The position numbers and the translations under genes are program-made. Below, piece by piece: positions 37,231 through 50,197 of a stretch of 64,000 bases of DNA. The DNA comes from Squalus acanthias (lineage: Eukaryota): assembly GCA_030390025.1 (NCBI GenBank), contig CM059446.1, positions 41,850,001 to 41,914,000 on the forward strand. The letters are read 5' to 3'. Positions within the stretch are counted from its first letter, which is position 1. Every line of letters starts with the position of its first letter. Under the pieces are notes generated by a model. That model did no database searches, was not told where the DNA came from, and saw nothing but the letters and a program-made list of their open reading frames with translations.

Positions 37231-38357
37231 CTTTAAAAGACTGGCAAAGCAGAACAACAGCCACGTGTTAACGACATTGGTACAGTACCCGTACTAATAG
37301 TTGGTACGGCAAATGATTTAGGAGTTTACAGGAAAAAAATTCATAGTGAAACTTGTGCACGAACCTACTGAATTGAAATTCTTCTCTTCTGTGTTACCGG
37401 GGCAGGTTGTGGAGAAATCTGGGGCAGGGCCCGGTTACACCAGCTCTCCAACCCATTTGCTTTTTGAAGCAACAGATTTCCGCCAGAGATGGGGGGGTGA
37501 CATGAACCTTGTCATTCATGTGGAAATGACTTATGAAATAATACTGGGCGGCCTGCTGGTGGCGCTGTCCAGGGAGAGTATAAATACTCAGGCATGGGCC
37601 CAGCTTGCTCGGGACATTCTTTAACAGGAACTAGTGAAGGACACAACTAGATCTCCATGTTGAAAAACAGTTGATTAAAGCTTTGTTTAACGCTTAGACC
37701 AAGTGCTGAGTAGTTTTCTTACATCAGGGGGGTTGGTGCTTCTTACGTGCGAAGGCAAGTGAAAGAGGTGGGACCGGTGGGAATGACATGATCTGACCAA
37801 AATCTCGCCAGTCCCGTCCCAGTTGCCCTTGACACAGTGAATGCCCGCATGAAGCTGGCACACTAGCGTGCTAGGACTTGATCCTGGTGGGCGTGGGACC
37901 CAGCGAGGGTAATGTTAACCCAACACTCCTGGTAGGAAACTGATAGGATCAGATCAGCCGCCCCTGATACAGCTCGAAGCCGTTGGGAAGTAAAATCGGG
38001 TGGGGAGTAAATCGAACGATCGATCTGAACTCCTCAGTTTCTTGCCGGGCAGATTAAAATGACTCCCACTGTAATTTAAAAGGTCACTTTCCCTACAGCA
38101 GTCGATCACTGAGCAGTTGATTGCCATCGGGAAGGTGGCAAACTTGAAATCTCAGCCTCGCAACATCTTCAGTCAGCACAGGAATCCCTCTTAGGCTGAG
38201 GTAAGGTGCGACAGCGAAATGCCTCCTTCCCTTCTCACCCCCTCCAATGAGGCGGGGACCCCAGTAGTGCCGAAAATAGCAGAGGTGTGCACCCACACTT
38301 TGTTACTTTGACCCTGGGATTGGGGTCAGGGAAGTATCATGGGGACGGGGGGGCGGA

Positions 38358-39695
38358 GGGGGGATTTAAACCCCTAAAACGGGTGGGTTGGGGTCGGGTG
38401 GGAGGTTAAAGTGTTAAAAAACTGAATCCCGACCCCAAACCGCCTCCACCCCGTCCACTTCCGGTTTTAACGGAGGCGAGATGGGGGGTGGGCAGCCAAC
38501 CCACTCCCAGGAGGAGGGTCGCCCATTTAAATATTATAATGAGGCTGGTGTGCCTCAGATTTAACCACCATTACAAATTTAACGTTGGCTGGTCGGGTTT
38601 CTCAGGCATCGGGGAACCCGCCAGCTAAAATAAGGCAGGGACGCTGGATCCAGGAGGTAAATGCAAAGGCTTGAGGCCTCCGATCCCCCCCCCATGAACA
38701 ATGTTTCCCCTAAGGTGCGCGGCTGCACCAATCAGGAGGACCCGCGCAGGCCGTTCACCAGCTGCTGCCGCTGGAAAAGACACCGCGTAGCAAATTTAAA
38801 GGGACCCCGCACCAAAAAAAATTAGAGGGAACATTGCCCACGAGGTCTCCGATCCCCCCCACCAGGCCTCCGATCCCCCCACAAGGCCTCCGATCCCCCC
38901 CACCAGGCCTCCGATCCCCCCACAAGGCCTCCGATCCCCCCCACCAGGCCTCCGATCCCCCCAAAAGGCCTCCGATCCCCCCCACGAGGCCTCCGATCCC
39001 CCCCCCCACGAGGCCTCCGATCCCCCCCACGAGGCCTCCGATCCCCCCACAAGGCCTCTGATCCCCCAACAAGGCCTCCGATCCCCCCCACGAGGCCTCC
39101 GATCCCCAACACGGGGTCTCCGATCCCCCCCCACAAGGCCTCTGATCCCCCAACAAGACCTCAGATTCTCCCCACAAGGTCTCCGATCCCCCCACAAGGC
39201 CTCCGATCCCCCCTCGAGGCCTCCAATCATCTTCCTGGACTCCCCCCTCCAGCCCCGATGCTCCTCTGGCCCTGATCCTCTCCCCCCGCCCCCCCACCCC
39301 GATACTCTGGCCCCGATCCTGCCCCCCACCGAAGTTCCAGCCCTGATCCTTCCATTCCCCCCCCCCCCCCCCCCCACACCCCCCACCGCCCCCTGCCCTG
39401 ATCCTCCTCTGGTCAGCCCCGATCCTCTTTTCCCCCCCCCCACCCCCATTCCTCCTTCAGCCCCTGACCACTCCCGGCCCCCACCCGATCCTTCCCTCCC
39501 TCCTCTCTGCGGCCTAGTGCCGCAGGCCTACCCGCACGCAGCCAACCAGCCTCTCCATCTGCGGGCGAGAAACAGAGCTTTGAAATGCAAATCATCGCTG
39601 CCATTAAATTCGGCAGGACCTGCAGGAAACCCTGGTTTCTCGATCACGTTCTAGGCCCCCCACTCCCAACCCACCTCCAAATTAAAATTCCGGCC
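38358..39695 (+). mobile_element. 9037-family element with internal minisatellite
   Basis: 5' region matches 9037-9320; ends ttaaaattccggcc. Confidence 0.68.
38838..39225 (+). repeat. Minisatellite, ~20-22 bp unit aggcctccgatcccccc(c)ac(a/c/g)
   Basis: Roughly 18 tandem units visible; one more unit at ~38674. Confidence 0.95.
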
Positions 39696-40314
39696 AGGAG
39701 GTCAGAATTTCTAGCCTTCGACTGTAAAATATGTGATATTGATTGACCTTTTTGTAAAAGTAAGATAATATGAGAGGAATCACTGTTCAAAGAATGGCAG
39801 ATCTTCATTTCAAAAAGTCTAAAGTGATTGTTTTGTTCTAATGCGTTGAGTCCTGACGGACTCCCTGGAATCATAACAAACTGCTTGCTTTTTAATAGTA
39901 ATAGCCCTTTGCCCAAAGACTTCTTATCAAGTAGCTCCTGAAGTCCCTGTTAATATGGATTTTGGCCCTGATCTAGTGGTGTTTTATCGCTGATGTTACG
40001 AGTAGTTTTTTTTCCCCACTGCATTGATAAATTGAAAACTCTGAGGGCACGCTGTACAATTCTGCCCTATTTGAACAGCCAGAAGTGAAGGGAGATAGTG
40101 AACTGAAAGATGTTTCGCCAGCAGCCTAGGAGTCTCTCCCCGTCTGATTTGCAGCATGCTCACCAATGAAGCAAGAAACATTCACTGAGGCTGGGATTTT
40201 TGCTCAACTGTCTGTAGGTTGGTGGACCTCCAGCCTGCTCACTTACCATATGGCCCAGTGGCATTTTAAGCTCTCCATTTCTTTTTAAAAATGTCTCCAC
40301 CACATGCATAGTAG

Positions 40315-40655
40315 TTATGAGGGGCCTAGAGTGGACAGGAAGGACCTATTTCCTCGCAAAGAGGCCAATAACCAGGGGGCATAGATTTAAAGTAATTGGT
40401 AGAAGGAAGAGAGGGGAATTGAGGAGAACTTTTTTCACCCAGAGGGTGGTGGGGGTCTCGAACTCACTGCCTGAAAGGGTGGTAGAGGCAGAAACCCTCA
40501 CCGCATTTAAAAAGTACTTGGTTATGCACTTGAAGTGCCGTAACCTGCAAGGCTACGGACCAAGAGCTGGAAACTGGGATTATGCTGGATAGCTCTTTTT
40601 TCAGCCGGTGCAGACACGATGGGCCGAATGGCCTCCTTCTGTGCCGTTAATTTCT
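40315..40655 (+). mobile_element. CR1 3' fragment
   Basis: TRGHRFKV..FFTQRVV..NSLP. Confidence 0.8.
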
Positions 40656-41895
40656 ACATGAATACAAGGACTCGTCAAACAACATAGAATGTCAGTGTTT
40701 GACAGCTTCACAGAGCTGTCAAACGATGACAATTCAGCTGGGCGGTCTTAACAAGGTCAATCAAGGGAAAATAGCGTGGGTTGGCCAGAAGTCGATGGAG
40801 GCAGGACTAAAACCCGACAAGCAGCAGTCCCGCCTCCAACGCGCGCCCATTGACAAAATCGCCCCCCTATCATTCGAATGCGCCTGCTCCAATCTTGAAT
40901 GAGCAGGATTTTGGGATACAGTATATGAGTAATTTGAGACATGACATATGATAAGTGTAGCATTCTTGGGAGGAACAGGTGACTGTGGAGTTTTGGTTCC
41001 CAAAGCTCTTCACCACTGGGGTTTTCCTCATGATATGTCTGGGTCTGTTGTAGACTGATTGCTATGATTAGCCAGCAACTCCATTATCATCGTACCATGC
41101 AGTAGGAGATGGCAAACTGGATGGACCAGGTCAGGTGCTGAACTTCTATATCATAGTGCATATTGCTCATCCATGTTCCAAGATGCAGTTTTCATGGAAC
41201 TGCTTTAATTCCTCGTGGGTGCATCCCAGATTGTGCTGAACTAATTCTTCATAGTACTTAGAGTGAAAGGATGCAGAATGCCAAAAGCAATCCCTATGGC
41301 TAGTGGTGAGGGTGAAGACTGTTACTCTTTCAAGAGACTAACAGATGATTTTCCACTGTGTCAGAGCATAGAGCATGGCATAGATATTTAAGAGGGTGCA
41401 AATCCCTTATATCCTCTCTAGCTGGCCTGGGGGTTCCCTACATTCAATCTGTGCAGTTTAGCAAAGGTAATTTATTGCAGGAATGATTTTCAATTCCCTT
41501 TTTTGTGACCTTACAAACTGCAGAACAGACATTGTTCTGCTCCCATCTCTGATGCTATATATGCAAATCGTAACCCAAGTTTTTCTGACAGAACTGGAGC
41601 TCATTCAGTTCATGGAGAAGAAGGTTTTGCAAAAATGAAGGTTAAACTGCCCTTTCTCAGCAGGAAAGAACAAAAAAAAAAGGACGGATTTTATATTCTG
41701 TCCTGCACCTGGGGATATCCACAGAGGAACGGTGCCGGAGCCCCGTAATGTGAGGTCTCTGCCCGCACCGTGCCTCGCCTGGGGTAACCGGGCCTCAGCC
41801 TATGGTAGGCACCCAGTGAAACCTGGCACTACGGCCCACCCTGGACCACTGCCAGCTTGAAGATCTGTGGGGTCTGGGAACAAGTTGACGATATA

Positions 41896-42163
41896 CAGGA
41901 ATCCCGCCCCACCACGGTTTTGCCATACGCGGATTTCAAGTATACACGGTTTCCTCTCTGCGACAACTTTTGCCAACCGCAGCAGTGAATTTTGCGTATA
42001 CGCGGTTTTTAATTTAGGATTAAGGTAAATAACATGATTTTATTGCTTTTATATTCTTTTTTATTGTGTTATTTGAACATTTATACTGTATTTGCCAACC
42101 GCGGTTTTACTAACCACGGGGGTTTTCAGCGATGTATCCCTCGCGGTTGGGGAGGGATTACTG
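41896..42163. mobile_element. Tigger/pogo-like MITE (second copy)
   Basis: TA TSD; colinear with 20242-20510. Confidence 0.85.
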
Positions 42164-42672
42164 TACCTGTGTTCCTCCAATTCTGGCCTCTTGTGTATCC
42201 CCGACTTCCTTTACTCCACCATTGGCGGCCGTACCTTCAGCTGTCTAGGCCCTAAGCTTTGGAATCCCCCCCTAAACTCTCCGCCTCTCTCTCCTCCTTT
42301 AAGACGTTGCTTAAAACCTAAAAAAAAATTCTCTTCGTGGGGGAATCCAGAACTAGGGGGCATAATTTCATAAAACAGAAATGAGGAGGAATTTCTTCTC
42401 TGAGGGTCGTGAATCTTAGGAATTCTCTTCCCCAGAGAGCTGTGGAGGCTGGGTCATTGAATATATTTAAGGTGGAGATAGACAGATTTTTGAAAGGTAG
42501 GGGAGTCAAGGGTTATGGGGAGCGGGCAGGAAAGTGGAGTTGAGGCCAAGATCAGATCAGCCATGATCTTATTGAATGGCGGAGCAGGCTCGAGGGGCCA
42601 AATGGCCGACTCCTGCTCCTACGTCTTATGTTCTTATACCTCGTTGACCAAGCTATTGGTCACCTGTCCTAA
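42164..42672 (+). mobile_element. L2 fragment with nested CR1 3' end (~42330-42636)
   Basis: L2 sequence breaks at cttaaaacct and resumes at acctcgttgaccaagc. Confidence 0.75.
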
Positions 42673-44369
42673 TGCCTGGAGGTCCCTTTTCCCTCCCCCC
42701 CCCAACCCCACCTCCCCTCCAGCCATGGAGATTGCTTCAAATTAGGGGAGTATGATGCGACTCCTGCACACTGATGGCAAGGTCTCAGAAAAGGCTCCAT
42801 TCCTTATTAATGTTGGGGTAGTCTTTGACTTTGCATCTTGCGAATCTGGAAATCCAATCTACTCACCTGATTCAGCAAGGTGGGCTCCCAGAATGTAATG
42901 GGTCAGAGGGCTAAAGCAGCCCAAATAACAAATATAACAAAAATGGAAATTTCACACCCTCCAACTATTTGAGGAAGCGGCCAAGATTTAGTATGTAAAG
43001 AATTATTTATGGAGCTATGGTTTGTCTGTCAGAGTTTATTTCAAAGCCTGCTGCATAAGGTACTGAGCTGTAATTTGTGCTCCCACAACTTTGTGGAATG
43101 TGTATAAAACAGGACAATGAACATTTATATAAATTTTATGAGCTATGCCATGACAGTTTTGGCCTCTCTATCTGATCAGCTCACAATATATGTGGTTAGT
43201 GGTTTTTATGCAGGAAGTGACACAATGACAGAGTGATAAAAACATCTTCCCAGAACCCAGACTCCATCATCGAGTAGGAACCAAGGCCACCTTGCTTTCT
43301 GCTGAGCCCATTTTTCTCGGTGAGGCTATCCCCCTTCGACCCTCCCTGTCGGTCACCGTTGGCAGTGCCGCCCTTCATACAGACCTCTGCGTTCCTGTTT
43401 ATTTTGGAAATGTTTGGGCATTTTTAGCCTATGGGTTTCAGTGCCCACTTGCTGTAATTTCAGATCCGATAATAACCTCATTTCCTTTAATGAATCCTGT
43501 CATTAAAATATGAAGTTGGTGCTGACTGAAAATATGGCTAACACCTGTGGGATTTGGTTAGTTATTTTACTTCTGCTCCCACCAGCGCAAAATAAACCAC
43601 CAAGTCATTGTCAACGGTTAGGTTCATTCCTCGCGTTTGTCAATGTCTGCACACTAGTACTGAGGTGCGATTCATCACTATCTCAATATATTTCCTTTAT
43701 ATCCCATTCTTTTCAGCAATTATCAGAGGTCATGAAAAATGGTATGGAAAATTTCTGATGATACTTTTAACCAAATTTCATTTTACTCCCAGTTATATAT
43801 AAGCCTGGCACTTACCATGAGTGATGTTATTGTATGAACACTTAACACATTCCTGTCAAATTCCTTTCTGCTAATATATCGCAAGTGTGAACCTATCACC
43901 TCTGTTAAACCAGCACAGAGACGAATATGATTGAAGTGAGTTAGACATTAACATGATAACATCACACACAGTTTTTTCTAGATTATAGCTGTTTTGAAGC
44001 ATGCCCTTAAAATGGTAACATCTGAGGTCCTCCAGACGGCAAATTCGCCACCTGGACCATCAGGATCAAGAAGATCTCAGTTTGATCCTTGCTCTGTGGT
44101 GAGTTAGATGATCTTAGCCAGGGCACAGTAGAGTACGACAATTAGCTTCAGTGTCCATATAGATGGAGAGCAGGGCAGTAGGATTAGTTTTGGATGGCTT
44201 TAGTAAAGAGCTAGCTCAGACAGGGTGGGCCAAATGGCATCCTTCTGTGCTTTTAACTTCTATGGTTCTAAGCTGAAGAGAGGGGAAAACCTGTCCTGAT
44301 TCCTGTCCAGTGACCCTATGTGGAGGTTGGGTGAGGATGGGGTCAGGTCTGGATCTGGGGCCCTCCAAT

Positions 44370-44835
44370 TTTTTTAAATTCGTTTATGGGATGTGGGTAT
44401 CGCTGGCAAGGCCAGCATTTATTGCCCATCCCTAATTGCCCTTGAGAAGGTGGTGGTGAGCCACCTTCTTGAACCGCTGCAGTCCGTGTGGTGATGGTAA
44501 TCCCACAGTGCTGTTAGGTAGGGAGTTCCAGGATTTTGACCCAGCGACGATGAAGGTACGGCGATATCCTTCTAAGTCAGGATGGTGTGTGACTTGGAGG
44601 GAAACTTGGAGGTGGTGGTGTCCCATGCGCCTGCTGCCCTTATCCTTCTAGGTGAAAGAGGTCGCGGGTTTGGGGCAAAGAAGCCTTGGCGAGTTGCTGC
44701 AGTGCATCTTGTCGATGGTACACACTGCAGCCACGGTACGCAGGTAGTGGAGGGAGTGAATGTTTAAGATGGTGGATGGGGTGCCAATCAAGCGGGCTGC
44801 TTTGTCCTGGATGGTGTCGAGCTTCTTGAGTGTTT
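44370..44835 (-). mobile_element. Same LINE family, 3' fragment
   Basis: Colinear with 60590-61050. Confidence 0.82.
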
Positions 44836-44884
44836 TCAATTACTTTCCAACACTCTCTGAGCTTGTACATGACGACTATATCAA

Positions 44885-46440
44885 CGTACAAAAAAGACGG
44901 ACAGAAAAAGACCCCCTGGCCCACTTAGCCATGTTGCAACTAGGCAACATGACCCTTAATACTCCCGTCCGAAAGCAGCTACGTAATCTGCTGGGAGAGG
45001 CAAAGAAACAGATGAAAAGAAACTCTAGGCCAATTCAGGGAAAAGGGAATTCTGGGAAACTCTTCCTCAACCCCAAAAGTCGATCAGAAACGAGTTCCAG
45101 GAGATAACAGTTGCCACGAGGTACATCACCGTAATTTATATGCATTCCCCCTCGCTCTTCCTAATTTAGCTAATTCAAATAATCTGTCCACATCTAAACA
45201 GTCTAGTTCCCTCATCATTTTAAATACTTCAATCATGTCTCCCTGAAGTCTATGCTTTTCTAGAGTAAAAAGACCAAGCATTCTGGCCCTATTGTGATAA
45301 CTAAGAGTTTTTAAAATTGGTATTAATCTAATGGCTCTCCTCTGAACTTTTTTCAGAGCCTCAAATCTCCCAACATGTGAGAGGGCCAGAACTGAACATT
45401 ATATTCTAGGTAGGGCCCAACCAGGATCTTGTACACAACACTATGGTGCTCTTTGTTTTATATTGGATCATTCTAACTATACATCCTAATTGTCTATTTG
45501 CTTTCGCTCTAGCCTCTCGGCAATGATCGTGGTTCTTTAGAGACTCATGCACTATAATAACCTGGTTTCTTTCCCTCTCAGCAGACTTAAATTCAGAGCC
45601 CAGCGTGGTATACACATGCTTGGCATTAGCTCTACCCAACCTGCATTAAATTACATTTATCTACATGTCATCTGTTAGACATGGACCCATTTCCCCATCA
45701 CATTTAGATCAGTTTGTAACCTTTTTATCTCTTCAAGGATTCTGACACCAGCACAGATATTTGCGGACGGTTCCCCCATTGGCTTCATCCAGATCATTGC
45801 TATGGATCGTGAAGAGTAACAATGCTAACACCGATCCCTGCAGGACACCATTAGTAACCAGTCTCCACATGGACCCACAGTCATTAATGACAACCCTCTA
45901 TCTAAGAGAATGCAACCAATTTGCTATCCAACTTAGGATTTGCCCTCCAATCCCATGGGACTCTTTCTACTGCAGTCAGGGTTACCTGGTGTACATTCAG
46001 CCTAATCAGCAGTCCTTAAAAATATTTACCTTAATGTGGACCCGAGAGGAGTATTTCTGCTCCTCCTAGCTCCTTGGCACTACTGAGGGCTGCTACTGGC
46101 TCCTGCTCGGCCCCCCCTTCCCATTCCCCTCGCCTCCTCCCAGGTCTTACCTTAGGGCCTCTGCTGGCAAGGCAGGCAGCCCGAAACTGAAGGAGACCAG
46201 AGCTACCTCTGGAGGCAGGCACCGGCCGCTCGCCCAAAATATTAAGATGAGACTCGAGGACCAATTTCAGGTGGTCCTCGGGCTGGCCTCTTCTGGCACG
46301 TGCAGCGGGCGTGAACCAATTTATCCCCCACAGTGTCAACAGGGCTACCTTCATCCATCAACCTAGTATCCTCCTCGAAGAATTGAGCCAGAATGATGAC
46401 TTCGATAAGGTGCTGGGATAATACCAAGGAACATGGGACC
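44885..46440 (-). mobile_element. Old, degraded CR1 with a MITE-like insert at ~46030-46330
   Basis: Minus-strand remnants of GVLQGSVL, KANRQLGCI and LGLFTLEK. Confidence 0.6.
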
Positions 46441-47464
46441 ATGCTCGGCCAAAGTCCCCACTGTCGGGAAAGGAAAGTTGAAAACTGAGGGAGGAGAAGG
46501 TGAATTCTACACGAAAACTATTGGAGTTGCACTGCGCATGTTTCAAACTGTTGGAAAATATCCAACAATCCAATTTAAAATGTTGGAACAAACTGGTGAA
46601 AAGAAAATGCAAAACAAAATGAAGCAACATGCAGATTTTGATGAATGCTCCTTTTGACTGGGTCAGTTTATTCATCGTGAACATTGGCTGTATCTTAAAG
46701 TGGGTCAATATAGCTGTGATTAGATTTTTGATCAATTGTTTCTCTTATACTCTAAAGGCTTCGCGTTATTTTTCAGATAGATCATGGTACTTGATAGAGT
46801 AATCGAACTGACATACTCTTCCAGATGTTTAATGCCCCAAAGTTTGTCCCTCTGACGATGTAACTAGGGACGTGACAAACACAGCAGCTTGTTATTTTAC
46901 ATGTAGCTGAAAGCTAGAGTCAGTCAGCTATTTTAATTACTAAGCCTGTCAGCTCCAGTAATTACTAAGTATATTTCTGGTTCCCACCATCCAGTATTCT
47001 TTAGTCCTCTCAATCACATGTTTAGTTAAACGCTGCAGAAAGATGTACCTAATCAGGGGAAATGTTCTTCCTGACACCAACTGTGACTGTTCTCACCAGT
47101 GGTTTTCTTAGGATGACAAAAATGCTCCACCTGCATTCCTTCTATCCAATCTAATCAGAAGAAACCCTGGATTTTTTTTAATAAGAGGTTTGTTTCCAGA
47201 CATTCAGGGGATGCCTTTATACCAAGCTGTGAAACTTAAACAGATCTTGAATGCAGACTTCTCTGAGGGTGATAATGGCCTTGAACAGTAAAACTACTTC
47301 AGTAAGCTGTGTGATGAGCCTCTCAATGCCCCACTGTTGTGTTATGAAGCTCAGGAGTGTTTCTTGCAAAGGGTAAATTTGTTTCCTTTAATCTTACATT
47401 ACAACAGTAATTAATGCAAGTCTTTCTTTCATTCTATTTATAACCAACTTTGGCTTCTCAGTTG

Positions 47465-49062
47465 ATAAGAACATAAGAATTAGGAGCAGGAGTAGGCCAT
47501 AAGGCCCCTCGAGCCTGCTCCGCCATTCAATAAGATCATGGCTGATCTTCGACCTCAACTCCACTCTCCCGCCCGATCTCCATATCCCTTGATTCCCCTA
47601 GAGTCCAAAATTCTATCGATCTCAGCCTTGAATATACTCAACGACTCAGCAGCCACAGCCCATTGGGGGAGAAAATTCCAAAGATTCACAATCCTCTGAG
47701 TGAAGAAATTCCTCCTTAAATGGCCAACCCCTTATCCTGAGACTATGCCCCCTAGATCTAGACTCTCCAGCCAGAGGAAACAACCTCTCAGCATCTACCC
47801 TCTCAGTCCCCCTCAGAACCTTATGGGGGAAAAATTCAGTATCGCCCCATTTGGGCCGCGATTATCGGCCGGGCGCAAAGATTAGCGCCTGGCGCTAATT
47901 ATCGCTTCCGACTACAAACTTGGCTTTTATCGCCCCTGGAGGTGATTGGAGCGCTAAATCAGGCGCTACACACCTGTCTTAAGGCGCAAAGGCCGAGGAG
48001 CGAGGCGCTACCTCAGAGCGCTGGCGAAGCTCATGTGATGTCAGTCAGCAATGGAACACAGACACAATGGCGCCGGCCAGTTCGTAAAGGGGAGGGTTGA
48101 TCTCGCTTTCCATCCACATCCTGCTCATTGCAGCCTTGAATCTCGGCCTGGAGAGACCTGTACATCAAATCTGCTGGAAAGAACAATGGAGAGTACCAGG
48201 CAAAGAGCTCAAAGTGCAGCCCCCACAGTCTCTTCTAAATAGATGCAAGGAAGGGCAAATCAAAATGAACCTGCAAAGTGCTGCTCAGTACCCAAAACTC
48301 CTTCACACAGCGTTGAATCTCTCCAGAAGTCTCTCTCGCTCTCTCAGAATGCGTGGTGCAAAAATGTCAACAACAAAAAAAGGCAGGAAGCGTTCGCCTT
48401 TAAATAGCGCTCCTCCAGTCCCTTCCTGACTGGAAAACGCTCCCCTCAACCTGTCGTTGATAGCGGCAGGCGGTAAGGCAGGGGGCGCCACTCAATATCC
48501 GTTCCGGGGCGCTACCAGGGCGTTGCGCACTCGACTGACGTCACGATCTGCCGGCGCAGGAGATTGTGGCGGTAGTGTTTAGCGCCGCCGCAAAATGTCT
48601 GGTCAATTTCGCGAGAGGCGCAGATATCGCCACGCCCGGGCGCTAGTTGCTTTGCGCCCCATTAACGCCCTCTTAAGGCGCTAACGGGAGGCGCAAACCA
48701 ACTGAAATTTTCCCCCATGTTTCAATGAGATCACCTCTCATTCTTCTAAACTCCAGGGAGTACAGGTCCAATCTCCTCAATCTCTCCTCATAGGACAACC
48801 CTCATCCTCGGGATCAATCTAGTGAACCTTCGTTGCACCGCCTCTAAGGCAAGTATATCCTTCCTCAGATAAAGAGATCAAAGCTGGGCACAGTACTCCA
48901 GGTGTGGTCTCACCAAAGCCCTGCAATTGTAGTAAGACTTCCTTACTCTTGCACTCCAACCTCCTTGCAATAAAGGCCAACATGCCATTTGCCTTCCTAA
49001 TTGCTTGCTGTACCTGCATGCTAACTCTCTGTGTTTCCTGTACGAGGACACCTCAATCTCTC
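47465..49062 (-). mobile_element. CR1 3' fragment interrupted by the GC-rich element at 47825-48716
   Basis: QVQQAIRKANGMLAFI..RPHLEYC; tail (ataagaac)n. Confidence 0.85.
47825..48716. mobile_element. Second copy of the ~890-bp GC-rich TIR element, again inside a CR1
   Basis: Colinear with 2266-3158; TIR gggggaaaaattcagt / actgaaattttccccc. Confidence 0.88.
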
Positions 49063-49456
49063 TGAATTGCCTTATTGTTGAGTCAAGAGTGCTCTCCAAG
49101 ACTTCCTTGAATCTCTTGCTCCACTTACTAAATTTGACTTCAAATTCAGACTCCAAAATGTTCTAGTTTTCAACTTTACACATCCGTTGCTGAATATTGA
49201 GAGGATTTTTCTCAATTGTTATACAAGGTTTGATGAATCAAGGATTCTGTATTTTCCTGCATAAGGATAAATGAAGGTACAATAATACACCGCACCACTA
49301 AAAAGGTTTGTTTCATTGTTAGAAGATCTTCCTAGAGCCTGGTTATTGTGACTTTATCCATCCATAACAGCGGTGATCAACTCAGTTGTTGTGGGAAATG
49401 TTATGCAAAATGGTGTACACCCACAGTTGGCTTTCTTGATCTACTGTAAACGGGTA

Positions 49457-49805
49457 TGGTGATGTAGTGGTTTATGTTCCTTGACTGGAAATCCTGACAA
49501 CGTGAGTTCAAGTCACACCAGGGCAGTTTGAGAATTTGAATTCAGTTAAAACAAAATCTAGAAATTAAATGCTGGTATGAAGATTATCGTAAAAACGCAA
49601 CTGCTTTACTACTGTCCTTTAGGGAAGGAAAGCTATATGTGACCCACACCAACATGGTTGACTCTTAACTAGCCACTGAAGTGGCCGAACAAGTCACTCA
49701 GTTGTATGAAGCCAGTTATATTCAGTTCAAGCCCACCACACTCTGAGGACAACTGGGTGGGCAGTGCCTTGCCAGTGACGCCCACACCCCGAGGATGAAT
49801 TTTTT
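49457..49805 (+). mobile_element. tRNA-derived SINE (same family as 7310)
   Basis: A-box tgtagtggt, B-box gagttcaagtc, tail ccttgccagtgacgcccacaccccg. Confidence 0.6.
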
Positions 49806-50197
49806 TTTAAAACCTTGACGAATTTGATCCATCTAATAGCACAACCTTTCCTTGCACGCACTCCACAACAATTACAGTGTGTAGCCATGTAATCATCCTT
49901 TTTAATAACCTCACTTATGAGAGTAGATGGATTCTCTTTCACAGCTTTCAGTTGAACTGAATTTGAACGCTCTCTGCCTTACTGTTGCGAGGGAGTTGCT
50001 TCAGCTAATGGAACGGGGACAGCAACATGGGTGGAGTCTGACTGCGACTGATTGTACTGCTGTGGGAGGTAGAACTACTGGTGAGGAGGCTGTGTGGCAG
50101 ATATCTGCAGACAGCAGTATGAAATTCCTCAGATCACAGGATCTGTTCAGTAACTACAATTTTACCTGGCAGTACAGAACATCTGTTTTTAAATGAA

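Noticed and set aside
38838-39225. CRISPR-like array
   Set aside because: Units are head-to-tail with no unique spacers; eukaryotic context and no cas genes.
38755-39449. Gly/Arg/Pro-rich ORFs of 75-217 aa
   Set aside because: They are translations of the minisatellite and poly-C tract.
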